Translations under genes and position numbers: made by a program
NCBI GenBank assembly: GCA_044226015.1
Contig: JBGAHS010000006.1
Span: 352,001 to 416,000, forward strand
Reading direction: 5' to 3'
From: Candidatus Obscuribacteraceae bacterium
GTDB taxonomy: Bacteria; Cyanobacteriota; Vampirovibrionia; Obscuribacterales; Obscuribacteraceae
DNA: 64,000 nucleotides
The notes under the pieces: generated by a model
Told to the model about the DNA's origin: nothing
Database searches by the model: none
Seen by the model: the letters and a program-made list of their open reading frames with translations, nothing else
Shown here: in pieces, positions 11,005 to 19,813 of the stretch
Position numbering within the stretch: the first letter of the stretch is position 1
Layout: each line of letters opens with the position of its first letter

Positions 11005-11216
11005 GCATGTTCGGTGAGCGATTGAAAAAGCAATCGCGTTGAGCCGAGGGGCAATGCGGAAACAGCAGGAATGCGCATTCCGGGAACAGCAGCAGAAAGC
11101 CCGTTTTACGTGAAGGATTGGCTGAAGCGTAGAAAGATATTGAGCCTCCCGCAAGAGGCAGCCAAGCAATAGCAATAATACCGCTGCGATTTAGTTCGAG
11201 CGGTATTTTTGTTTTT
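11005..11216 (+). ncRNA. Unassigned structured RNA, copy 1 (includes its intrinsic terminator)
   Basis: Homologous to 16067-16282 (-), with compensatory base changes and indels that break any shared ORF. Confidence 0.7.
11177..11216 (+). terminator. Rho-independent terminator of ncRNA copy 1
   Basis: AATACCGCT-N13-AGCGGTATT followed by TTTGTTTTT. Confidence 0.75.
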
Positions 11217-11319
11217 GCCAGCACTATTTCCGGTCCATCTGCCTGTATCGAAAGTTCATTGCTTCACTCGACCGTTCATTCAACTCGTGTGATAATGCTT
11301 TCGCGCCATTCCATCAACC

Positions 11320-12066
11320 GTGAGCGCTTTATCTCAGGTGAACACAATGGAAAAGAACGATAAAGCTGGATCTGATCGTGAGATAAAAAACGAAGCAAAG
11401 GCTCCGCCACCGAATAACCGTCCGACTGAAGCCAAGCCTCTTAATCGATTGCACAAAACGATGAAGATCGCCCTTATCATAAGTATGGTAATCGATTCAC
11501 TTTCTACATTCGTCATCACTGCAGCAAGCTTTCTGCCACCAATAGACGCCATTACTGAGAACACGCCATTACACATCATTCTTGTGCATATCGCAGTAAG
11601 TACACTCAGCTTCTGCCAAATCGGACTGGTTCTGGTTATAGGTTTTTCTTTGATTCAATGGATGTATCGATGCTACAGAAATCTGGAACTTATTGATCAA
11701 AAAGGACTTACAACTACAAGCAATTGGACGATTATCTGCTGGTTTATCCCATTATTGAATTGGGTGCGACCGTTTTTCATTATGAAGGAGATTTACTTCG
11801 GAACTGCGTCCGATGGGCGAAGCCTAAACATGGCGCAGAAAGCTCCGTTTTACATTAGTCTCTGGTGGACATGCTGGGTCACTCAAGGAATTATGGGACG
11901 AACATCGCAGATCATTCTAAACAGAGACCCAAGCAATATTTTGATCAACGTCCTATCAATCGGTTCGAACTTGTTCGAGATAGGAGCAGCTGTATTTCTC
12001 CTGCGAGTCATCAAAGAAATAACTGAGCTACAAAACCATAGAATTCCATCTATTCAATCGGTTTAG
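11320..12066 (+). CDS. DUF4328-family membrane protein
   Basis: Four hydrophobic segments; WMYRCYRNL...WFIPLLNWVRPFFIMKEIY...LWW motif. Confidence 0.75.
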   Translation: MSALSQVNTMEKNDKAGSDREIKNEAKAPPPNNRPTEAKPLNRLHKTMKIALIISMVIDSLSTFVITAASFLPPIDAITENTPLHIILVHIAVSTLSFCQIGLVLVIGFSLIQWMYRCYRNLELIDQKGLTTTSNWTIICWFIPLLNWVRPFFIMKEIYFGTASDGRSLNMAQKAPFYISLWWTCWVTQGIMGRTSQIILNRDPSNILINVLSIGSNLFEIGAAVFLLRVIKEITELQNHRIPSIQSV

Positions 12067-12099
12067 TTGATACTCGCAAGAACTTGCTGATTGACGATT

Positions 12100-13440
12100 C
12101 TATCTCGTTTTGTCAGCATCTCTTGTAGCAAGCGACTTGGCCTTCATGAGAGCTGCGTACTTCTTTTGAATTTCGGGAATTGCTTTGCGAGCTGCTATCT
12201 CACCAGCATGAATTGCCTTGCGCGCATCATCGGGGTTGGCAGTCATGACTGGCAGTCCGCTAACGTCAGGGTTGATTACAACATCTGCAAACGGCAACTG
12301 GCGCGCGTCTGCAATTGCTAAAACAATATCTCCCATGCGCTCTGCAATTCCACCAATATGCCTAAATTTCTTCGCTGGCACAGATTTTAGTGGTTCGTCA
12401 ACAAGAACTGCAATAACCAGGTCTGCCCCCGTATCCTTAGCGGCTGATGCTGGAAGGTTAGCTCTGACGCCACCATCAATGAATACCTTGTTGTCGATCG
12501 CTACAGGCTGCAGAAGTGGAGGAATGGTGGAGCTTGCTCTTATCGCAGTCGACAACTTTCCATTACTTATTCTGTAAGCCTTACCATCGATCAGATTCGT
12601 AGCTACAGCTGAAAATGGTATTGGCGTATCCTCAACATTAACTACATTAGGTGGCAATTGAGACTCTAGGAACTCAGAGAATTTTTTTCCGGTCCAGAGC
12701 CCAGCGTAATGCTTCTTAAATGGGTGCATCAATTTAGCCAGTGGACTAATAAGAATTTTCGGTGGAATGCCACCTGGCTGGTAAGAACTTCGCAGAGAGT
12801 CATCCAACATCATGGTTTGAATTTTGTCCAACGGAACGCCAGCCGAATACAACCCGCCAATGATGCTTCCCATGCTGTTTCCAACGATGTAATCAATTGG
12901 AATACCGGCTTCTTTCAAAGCACGCAAGATGCCTATGTGGGCAGTTCCGCGAGCACCACCACCACCAAGCGCTAAAGCGACTGAAGGACGATGAGAAATT
13001 TTAGGACACTTCGCGCTTGCATCATCCTCGCTTTTGATGTGAGTTGCCTCACTGGCCACTCTATTTTTGTCATTTTGATTAACCAAGACCTTGCCGCTAG
13101 TTTTAGGATCTTTCGAATCTTCGGCTTCGGCTCCAAGATCTTGCTTCAGCTGTTCTTCTGCAACTTCTTCTGTCTCTTTGCTCTTATTATTAAAATCAGG
13201 GAACTCATCGATCGCATGTGTGTCGTGTGAACGATCCATATTGAATTTGTCTTTTCCAGAATTCGATTTGTCTGCGCTAGACAAATCACTCTTCTTTACA
13301 GATTCATCAGAACCCGCAACTTTGTCAAATTTTGCCTCGGCTATTGCTGCGTTATCAACTGAGTAACCGTCGCTTAATGACGCCTGTGGATAGCCGATTA
13401 GCAAAAATAGGGATGAGGCAAGTATTACAGACTTTCTCAT
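12100..13440 (-). CDS. Patatin-like phospholipase with signal peptide
   Basis: GGGGARG oxyanion loop, GNSMG nucleophile elbow, DGG. Confidence 0.92.
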   Translation of the reverse strand: MRKSVILASSLFLLIGYPQASLSDGYSVDNAAIAEAKFDKVAGSDESVKKSDLSSADKSNSGKDKFNMDRSHDTHAIDEFPDFNNKSKETEEVAEEQLKQDLGAEAEDSKDPKTSGKVLVNQNDKNRVASEATHIKSEDDASAKCPKISHRPSVALALGGGGARGTAHIGILRALKEAGIPIDYIVGNSMGSIIGGLYSAGVPLDKIQTMMLDDSLRSSYQPGGIPPKILISPLAKLMHPFKKHYAGLWTGKKFSEFLESQLPPNVVNVEDTPIPFSAVATNLIDGKAYRISNGKLSTAIRASSTIPPLLQPVAIDNKVFIDGGVRANLPASAAKDTGADLVIAVLVDEPLKSVPAKKFRHIGGIAERMGDIVLAIADARQLPFADVVINPDVSGLPVMTANPDDARKAIHAGEIAARKAIPEIQKKYAALMKAKSLATRDADKTR

Positions 13441-13562
13441 GAGAAACTCCCCCGGAGGACAAATGTCGTGGCGTATATCGAGTCCAAAAGTTCCTTGCGA
13501 TTTTGCTTTCGGTTTACAATTAAATTGTCTTGCAGTAAAGACTCGCCTTTCAGGTCCAAATA

Positions 13563-14225
13563 ATGAAGAAAAAGAACTCTAGCGTTGGAACCACAACACA
13601 AACTACTTCAAAGTCAGACAACCCGACGAGAAAAAAAACAGCACAGTCTCAATCTGGCAAAACGAACGCAATATCAAATTCTAAAAAGATTGAGAATAGC
13701 GAAGAGAAAAAGACCACAACCAAAGAGCGGAACATTCCAAAGAAGGTAGAAGCAAATTCTCTGGCTGATTACTTTGAGGTTATGAGCATTGCGGTATTTC
13801 AAGCCAGCGTGAGTTGGGCTCTGATACTCAATAAACTTGATAATTTTAGAAAAGCTTTCAACAATTTCGACCCTAACCTAGTAGCAAAATACGACGAGAT
13901 AAAGATAAGTTCCTTGATGGAAGATAGCAGTATTTTGCGAAACGAGAAAAAGATCAGAGCAACAGTCACGAATGCTGCCTGCATGCTGGAACTAACAAAG
14001 CAACATGGAAGTTTTGCTAACTACCTGCATTCGTTCAAGGACTACCTTACATTAGCAAAAGACATGAAAAAGCGCTTCAAGTTTTTTGGAGATTTGAGTG
14101 TCTATTATTTCCTTTTTCGCGTAAACGAACCTGTTCCAGACTTTGATGAATGGATTGAGACAATTCCAGGTGAGCATCCTCGAATGAGAGAGATGGTCGA
14201 CCAATACAGGATACCCCCTGGCTAA
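13563..14225 (+). CDS. tag: DNA-3-methyladenine glycosylase I (Tag family) with a basic N-terminal extension
   Basis: FQASVSWALILNKLDNFRKAF...ILRNEKKIRATVTNA. Confidence 0.8.
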   Translation: MKKKNSSVGTTTQTTSKSDNPTRKKTAQSQSGKTNAISNSKKIENSEEKKTTTKERNIPKKVEANSLADYFEVMSIAVFQASVSWALILNKLDNFRKAFNNFDPNLVAKYDEIKISSLMEDSSILRNEKKIRATVTNAACMLELTKQHGSFANYLHSFKDYLTLAKDMKKRFKFFGDLSVYYFLFRVNEPVPDFDEWIETIPGEHPRMREMVDQYRIPPG

Positions 14226-14267
14226 TTCGAATCTGTTGAAGTCAGGCTGGCAAGTCAGGCTGGCAAG

Positions 14268-15875
14268 TCAGGGCGAAATTGATTGCAGTTTTTTTCTAAC
14301 TAGTGGATCTTCTTTTATCTTGAGCGCTTCACGGAGTTCAACCGTTGCACCAATTTTATCGCCACTAGAAAGAAGTTTATCGGCATTAGCTACCCTTTGC
14401 GCAAAATTCTGTGGGTCGATACCACTTTGTTTAAGCCGCGACGCAAGATTTGAATGCGCAGCATTATTATCAGGGCTCCAGTATAATGCAAGACGAAGCA
14501 ACTCCACAGCTTTCGCATCGCTCACACCATCTGCAATGGCAAGATTATTGGCGGCTGCAGATATGTTACCCCTGGCTAAATTGCTTTTGGGATCAAGCTG
14601 CAAGGATTTTTTTAACGTGTCAATGGCTTTTTCATAGTCACCAGCCATTGTGTACTTGGAGCCAAGATTGGCAAGATACTGAGCCTTCACAGTTGGACTG
14701 AGAGTCCTACCATATTCATCTTTTTCTGGAATCTTATCCACAACAGAGTTATCGTCAGAATACAACAAGAGAACAGTGTTGATATCTCTATCGGAGAGTC
14801 CATGCTGCACATATAAGGACGGCGCCATAATATCGTCTGGATAAGGACTGTGTCCTTGAAGTCCTAGAGAGTGCCCTATTTCATGAAGGCAAACATTGTA
14901 GAGGTAGTTTCTTGCAATGGGCCCCTCTTTGAACGGGTCGACTGTCAGAAGCAAGATTTCTGCTGTACCCAGTCCATCGGCACCATAGGTGGTTTTGGCG
15001 AGCCCGGCTTCCGCCTTTAGTGCAGGCGCATGGAGGTCACTGGTCCATGTTACCGTCATTTGCGCATTAGCTGGATCATTGACAAAGAGAAAACCAATTT
15101 TTCCGTCAGTCAGTGTATTCCAATCATCGAACGCTTGTCGAAGCGATTCTTCAAACTCGGGTCTGTATCCTTCAACTGAACTACCATCTTTTATAAAAAC
15201 TCGGATTTTATCAGCATTCTTCCACTTTGCGAGTGCACCACTGGAGATGGCAGCCAGATAGTCACCAGCAATTGTCCTGCTCTTGCTGCGTTTATTTGAC
15301 TTATAGTTCTCTTCGTCTTTGAGGACACTGATTAATAGCTTGTATTGACTAACATCTGCTGCTTCTGGAGACTTCGCCAGATATTGCTCATAGAACTTGA
15401 TTGCTTCTGCTGGCTTGTGAATCGATTGAGAAATTTTTCCCATGAGTAACAACAACTCAGTATCATCAGGTTTTGCCGCAAGAACTTCACTTGCCTCGCC
15501 AGCCGCATAGTGAAATCTTCCGAGTTGATATAGGACGTCCGCATGCATTTTGCGAGCAGGTAAATTGCCAGGCTCTTGCAAAAGCTGTTTAGCTAGTGCC
15601 AGTTCGCAGGGCTCTAGTTGACCCTGCCTGAGCAATTCACGGGCAGCAGCAAGGCTCTTATCGACCTCTGCCGACTTATTTTTTTCCTTTGTCTTTGCGC
15701 TCTCACAAAGTAATACTGGGATCTTGCGGCCTTCTTTGCGACTGACAACTAAAGCATCGTTATTAGTCGAGCCCATCTTGTTGACTTTGGGCTCGTCCAA
15801 ATTTGCTGCGAATAATGAACCGCAGCAAGCATATCCAGCCAGCGCAACGAGCATCAGTGAGAAAACTTTCGTCAT
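14268..15875 (-). CDS. TPR-containing metzincin (matrixin-like) metalloprotease
   Basis: HEIGHSLGLQGHS zinc motif, DIMAP Met-turn, flanking TPRs, N-terminal signal; start chosen by GAGGTG RBS. Confidence 0.88.
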   Translation of the reverse strand: MTKVFSLMLVALAGYACCGSLFAANLDEPKVNKMGSTNNDALVVSRKEGRKIPVLLCESAKTKEKNKSAEVDKSLAAARELLRQGQLEPCELALAKQLLQEPGNLPARKMHADVLYQLGRFHYAAGEASEVLAAKPDDTELLLLMGKISQSIHKPAEAIKFYEQYLAKSPEAADVSQYKLLISVLKDEENYKSNKRSKSRTIAGDYLAAISSGALAKWKNADKIRVFIKDGSSVEGYRPEFEESLRQAFDDWNTLTDGKIGFLFVNDPANAQMTVTWTSDLHAPALKAEAGLAKTTYGADGLGTAEILLLTVDPFKEGPIARNYLYNVCLHEIGHSLGLQGHSPYPDDIMAPSLYVQHGLSDRDINTVLLLYSDDNSVVDKIPEKDEYGRTLSPTVKAQYLANLGSKYTMAGDYEKAIDTLKKSLQLDPKSNLARGNISAAANNLAIADGVSDAKAVELLRLALYWSPDNNAAHSNLASRLKQSGIDPQNFAQRVANADKLLSSGDKIGATVELREALKIKEDPLVRKKLQSISP

Positions 15876-16066
15876 AGCGCGCACCTCTGCCTGAATTCTA
15901 CCCTGCATGATCGGTCAAATCACTCAAGATTCAGCGAAATCACATCGCTTTCCAGCAGGCGAGAGGGTATCGCTTTCCTGTAGGCAAGGTGCTATCCCTT
16001 TTCCCTGCAGGTCCGGCGCAGGCTAGAAAATCCAGGAAGATTGAACAGTCCCAAAACTGAAAAATG

Positions 16067-16282
16067 AACAAACAAAAACACCATCCGAACTAAATCGCGA
16101 TGGTGTTTTAGCTATTGCTTGGCTGCCTCTTGCGGGAGGCTCAATATCTCTCTACGCTTCAGCCAATCCGTCACGTAAAGCGGGCTCTGCTGCTGGTGTT
16201 TCCGGGATGCGCACCCCTGATGTTTCCACATCGCCCCTCGGCTCGTAGCGATTGCTTCATTCAATCGCTCACCGAATATGCA
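16067..16282 (-). ncRNA. Unassigned structured RNA, copy 2 (includes its intrinsic terminator)
   Basis: Reverse-complement homolog of 11005-11216; terminator AACACCATC-N13-GATGGTGTT followed by a T-tract. Confidence 0.7.
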
Positions 16283-16286
16283 TACT

Positions 16287-16315
16287 ACTTTAGCGGCTTC
16301 AATCGCACTTGTACA
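16287..16315 (-). promoter_or_regulatory. Putative sigma70 promoter of ncRNA copy 2
   Basis: TGTACA-N17-TAAAGT on the minus strand. Confidence 0.55.
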
Positions 16316-16585
16316 CTACCCCAATGAAGAAGACCGAGAGATAAAATCACCTGCAGCAAACGACACTATTGTGTCAAAAAATATTAGACAAAAATTGTCA
16401 GGCACTCGAACTAGCAGCCCCCTATACCGGACGAATATCGTATATACAACATACATATAAGGCATTTCTAAGTGCAATCCAGGGGAAGCCTATACGCTGC
16501 TAATTCGATACACATTCGATAACTAGAACGCCTTTCTTAAAAAGATCAAAAATTCTTTTCCTGCTCTGATACTCTCAGTGCAGCT

Positions 16586-16672
16586 CCGAGCCGAGCCGAG
16601 CCGAGCCGAGCAAACCAAGCCGAGCCGAGCAAACCAAGCCGAGCCGAGCAAACCAAGCCAAGCCAAGCCAAG
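16586..16672 (+). repeat. Pentanucleotide microsatellite (CCGAG/CCAAG)n with a 19-bp higher-order unit
   Basis: ccgagccgagccgag...caaaccaagccgagccgag...ccaagccaagccaag. Confidence 0.9.
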
Positions 16673-16676
16673 ACTG

Positions 16677-17390
16677 ATGAATCTCAAAGCCACAATTCCC
16701 AAAGCCGCTCGTCTTTTAGGCACTATTGCGATTTCACTGCTGATGATTGCTAGCGCTGGAGTGCTCATTCTTAACCTGTGCCCTAAACCACTATTGGGTC
16801 TTCCGGAGAGTACATGGCAATTGCGAAAGTCCGATGCAATTATCGTGTTAGGCACACCCACAAAAAAGGATGGAAAAGCCACTCCGAGTTTGAGAGAACG
16901 GGTGCGCACCGGGGTTGATCTCTACAAGCGAGGAATGGCAACAAAGCTCATAGTTACAGGAGCCGCAGCACACAACAAGTTTGTAGAAGCAGATGTCATG
17001 GCAGCGGATGCTGAATTAATGGGCGTGCCAGCCGATAAAATAATTCGGGAGCGTGAAGCGAAAAACACCTATCAAAATGCTTTCGATTCCTATCTAATAA
17101 TGAAAGCAGAAGGAATGAAATCCGCGATAGTTGTGTCATCGCCCGCGCATTTGTTGCGTGCAAATTTAATTTTCTCACGCTACCCAATCGAATATTGTGT
17201 GTTCGGGTGCGATTACCCTGCTGAACAAAATGCATGGGACAGACTCATCTTCGACCAGAGAGAGAAGTATTTTGTTCTTGCGGACCTGATTCTCAATAAA
17301 GGTATTCTTCTGGGGTTGAAACCAGAACAGGCACAACAGATGCCACAGATTGCAAAAGAAGCAGAGCTGATGCACTCCCAATCAAAGTAA
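16677..17390 (+). CDS. YdcF/DUF218 family protein
   Basis: DAIIVLG, LRERV, TGAAAHN..EA, E.EAKNTYQNA, VSSPAHLLRA. Confidence 0.88.
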   Translation: MNLKATIPKAARLLGTIAISLLMIASAGVLILNLCPKPLLGLPESTWQLRKSDAIIVLGTPTKKDGKATPSLRERVRTGVDLYKRGMATKLIVTGAAAHNKFVEADVMAADAELMGVPADKIIREREAKNTYQNAFDSYLIMKAEGMKSAIVVSSPAHLLRANLIFSRYPIEYCVFGCDYPAEQNAWDRLIFDQREKYFVLADLILNKGILLGLKPEQAQQMPQIAKEAELMHSQSK

Positions 17391-17473
17391 GCTCGACTTG
17401 AGCTTACTTCCTTCGCGGCAGCGCCCCCAAAGGGTTAGCCACGACAGAGCCTTTGTATTTGAAACCAAATGGC

Positions 17474-19297
17474 TCAGGCAGTTTGAAAATTCTGTACTCT
17501 CTTGTTGAATTCGGCCTGCTCTTCCTCGGTGATACCAGGAATGGTGCGCCAGTTATCATAGAGACAAAGTTCCCATACACAGTCACCAAAATCTGGCCGG
17601 CTCTTGCTCAGCTTTTCAAATTCTGAGTGAATTTGCGAAGCATAGATTGGTTCGACCTGAGCAATTCTCGTCATAGTTCTAATTGCAGCAAGCGTAATCC
17701 AATCACGAGGTCCAAGAAGCATCGAGAGCAAAGCTTCACGACGCTCAGACCCTTCCCAGCCCTGGTCGATATTTGCGATTATCATGCCAATCAAAAATTG
17801 TATTCGAGGCAACCACGTAACGGCTGCCATTTTCTTCGGCAGGGGAGGTGGGTAGGTCAATACAGAAAGCAGCTCAGAAACACGTTCTACACCGAGCTTC
17901 TTTGCCAACTTGCTAGCTTCACCCCATTTTTCCAGCGTTGCCTTTCTTCCGTTACCCAGCACAGCAACAGCATTCAAAAGCTCTTCTGACGGCGGTGGCA
18001 AAGCAGGGGACGCATTGGTTTCTTCGTACTTCCAAATCTGATATTTGATTTCATCCAGCGGAATTCGAGGGTCGGGCCTTGGCACCGGGGGTGGTTCTAT
18101 TACAAGACGAACCTCTTGCTTGAGTGCTTTCATCTCAAGTTCAAAGGCGGTTACATTGCTTGGGGATTCAAGACAAGTAAGGGTCATCGTCACCTCGCCC
18201 TTTACTTTATCTGGCTCTTTAATCACAAGCTCTTTCAACTGCCTTAATGTGTCGCAACTCGCCTCAAGCGGTTCTAAGAGATCGCCTGCTTGCATCAAAT
18301 AAAGGAATCGTGCTCGAGCATTTCCTTTTTGTGCAAGGTCTAAAAGACCACTAAAATGCTTTTCGTTGTTTCCTATTTTCCAGGCACAATATCGAGCGGA
18401 GGGCAGAGCCCAAGCATTCTGCGGGTCAAGTTTGATTACCCTCTCGTAGCACAGCAGAGCTGCCTTCCAATCGCCGTGAAACATGTACATGTCGCCGGAT
18501 TCCAACCATCCAGAAAAATCATGTTTTTGCGCTAACTTCTGAACATGTTCAAACGCTTTCACAGCGTCTTTCAGACGAGCCTGATCTTTATAGATTAAAC
18601 CGAGACAGAGCCACGCTTCATGGTCATTGGGATTCATGAGGGCTTTCACCGCAAGCTCTGCCTCTGCATGCTTGTCAGCTCGACGGAATAAACCAACTCT
18701 AACCATGAGCGAACTTACCGCTCGGTTCTTGCAGCTAGCTGCATATCGCTCAGCCAGAGCAGACCAGCGTGCCATCATCTCAATTTCTTCGACTGTCAGA
18801 TTGCCTGGTCCATCAACACCCTGAAGTATTACAATGAAAATTTGCCAGGCAAGCTGTTCGGGCAATGACTCAATGGCTCCGGCTGGCTCAAACCACTCCA
18901 GTCCCCACAACCGGAGGAACTTTGAATCCGGCTTTGCGTGTCCGACACTAAATAAAAGATTTGCGGCATCGACAAGCCGTCCCTGTTGCATCCAAAAGAA
19001 AGCTCGCAGCGCTTCCGTTGCATAGTAAGCATGTGTTTGTTGGTCAGGCAAAATAGACTCAAGGTCGCCAGCAGCATCAATGTAGGCTTGCAAAAGGTCA
19101 AGAGATTCTGGCTTATCAGGTGCCATCGCCAACAATTCAGCGACATGGCGAAGTCCATGTTTCAGGTTGTCTTTCTTGCCGAGTTCATGGACTGCAATTT
19201 CTCTTTCGAACCCTGGAGAACCAGGTCTTAAAGAGGTAATAGCTTGATGGGAACAGCCTGCATAAAGAGTCTGCTGCTTACCGCTGGAACTACTCAT
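17474..19297 (-). CDS. TPR-containing protein
   Basis: 607-aa ORF with TPR-like AWLCLGLIY..., ALLCYERVIKLDPQNAWA. Confidence 0.75.
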   Translation of the reverse strand: MSSSSGKQQTLYAGCSHQAITSLRPGSPGFEREIAVHELGKKDNLKHGLRHVAELLAMAPDKPESLDLLQAYIDAAGDLESILPDQQTHAYYATEALRAFFWMQQGRLVDAANLLFSVGHAKPDSKFLRLWGLEWFEPAGAIESLPEQLAWQIFIVILQGVDGPGNLTVEEIEMMARWSALAERYAASCKNRAVSSLMVRVGLFRRADKHAEAELAVKALMNPNDHEAWLCLGLIYKDQARLKDAVKAFEHVQKLAQKHDFSGWLESGDMYMFHGDWKAALLCYERVIKLDPQNAWALPSARYCAWKIGNNEKHFSGLLDLAQKGNARARFLYLMQAGDLLEPLEASCDTLRQLKELVIKEPDKVKGEVTMTLTCLESPSNVTAFELEMKALKQEVRLVIEPPPVPRPDPRIPLDEIKYQIWKYEETNASPALPPPSEELLNAVAVLGNGRKATLEKWGEASKLAKKLGVERVSELLSVLTYPPPLPKKMAAVTWLPRIQFLIGMIIANIDQGWEGSERREALLSMLLGPRDWITLAAIRTMTRIAQVEPIYASQIHSEFEKLSKSRPDFGDCVWELCLYDNWRTIPGITEEEQAEFNKRVQNFQTA

Positions 19298-19442
19298 GTA
19301 TCGCCTTCAATTAGAACGTTTAGCAACAGCTAACATATCACACTAAAGGCGCGATGATTTTTGCAGACAATTGCCAACTGCTGAAGCAATCTTAATTTCG
19401 CTTCCGACAGCCAATTACTGCTTGTACTCTAAGTACTTCTAA

Positions 19443-19727
19443 TTAAGAGCGCTTAGGCGCTGCATCAATTATTTGTTGAACGAGATCATTTTCAAGTTCT
19501 TCAAGCTCATCAGCTTTGTCTTGATCTCCGCGTTCAATTGCTGTCCAGCGCTCTGCTGAAATGCGTTGCAGTTCTTTTAACTGATTTGAGGTATCGCCAG
19601 GGATAACGCGAATCAGTATAAATCTCAGTAAGTCGTTATAAAGTTTCGACTTATCGTGTTGCAATCTAAATGCTGGTCCTGATTCGCTCATGATCCTTCC
19701 TGATTTCTCATTTACTACCTGACTCAA
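19443..19727 (-). CDS. Small helical hypothetical protein
   Basis: 94-aa ORF; start uncertain. Confidence 0.45.
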   Translation of the reverse strand: MSQVVNEKSGRIMSESGPAFRLQHDKSKLYNDLLRFILIRVIPGDTSNQLKELQRISAERWTAIERGDQDKADELEELENDLVQQIIDAAPKRS

Positions 19728-19813
19728 TCGTAGCAGATCAAACTATGTCTCGGAACAACGCATCAAGCAGATGTAGCAATGACACCTAAATAATGCGGCA
19801 CCGCGTATGGTGT

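Noticed and set aside
10942..11224. Minus-strand ORFs similar to 16115-16327 (LGCLLREAQYLSTLQP)
   Set aside because: The frames diverge between copies through indels, and the substitutions preserve RNA pairing on the opposite strand, so the region is non-coding.
14240..14272. 13-bp tandem repeat GTCAGGCTGGCAA
   Set aside because: Short local duplication at a convergent gene end; no evidence of function.
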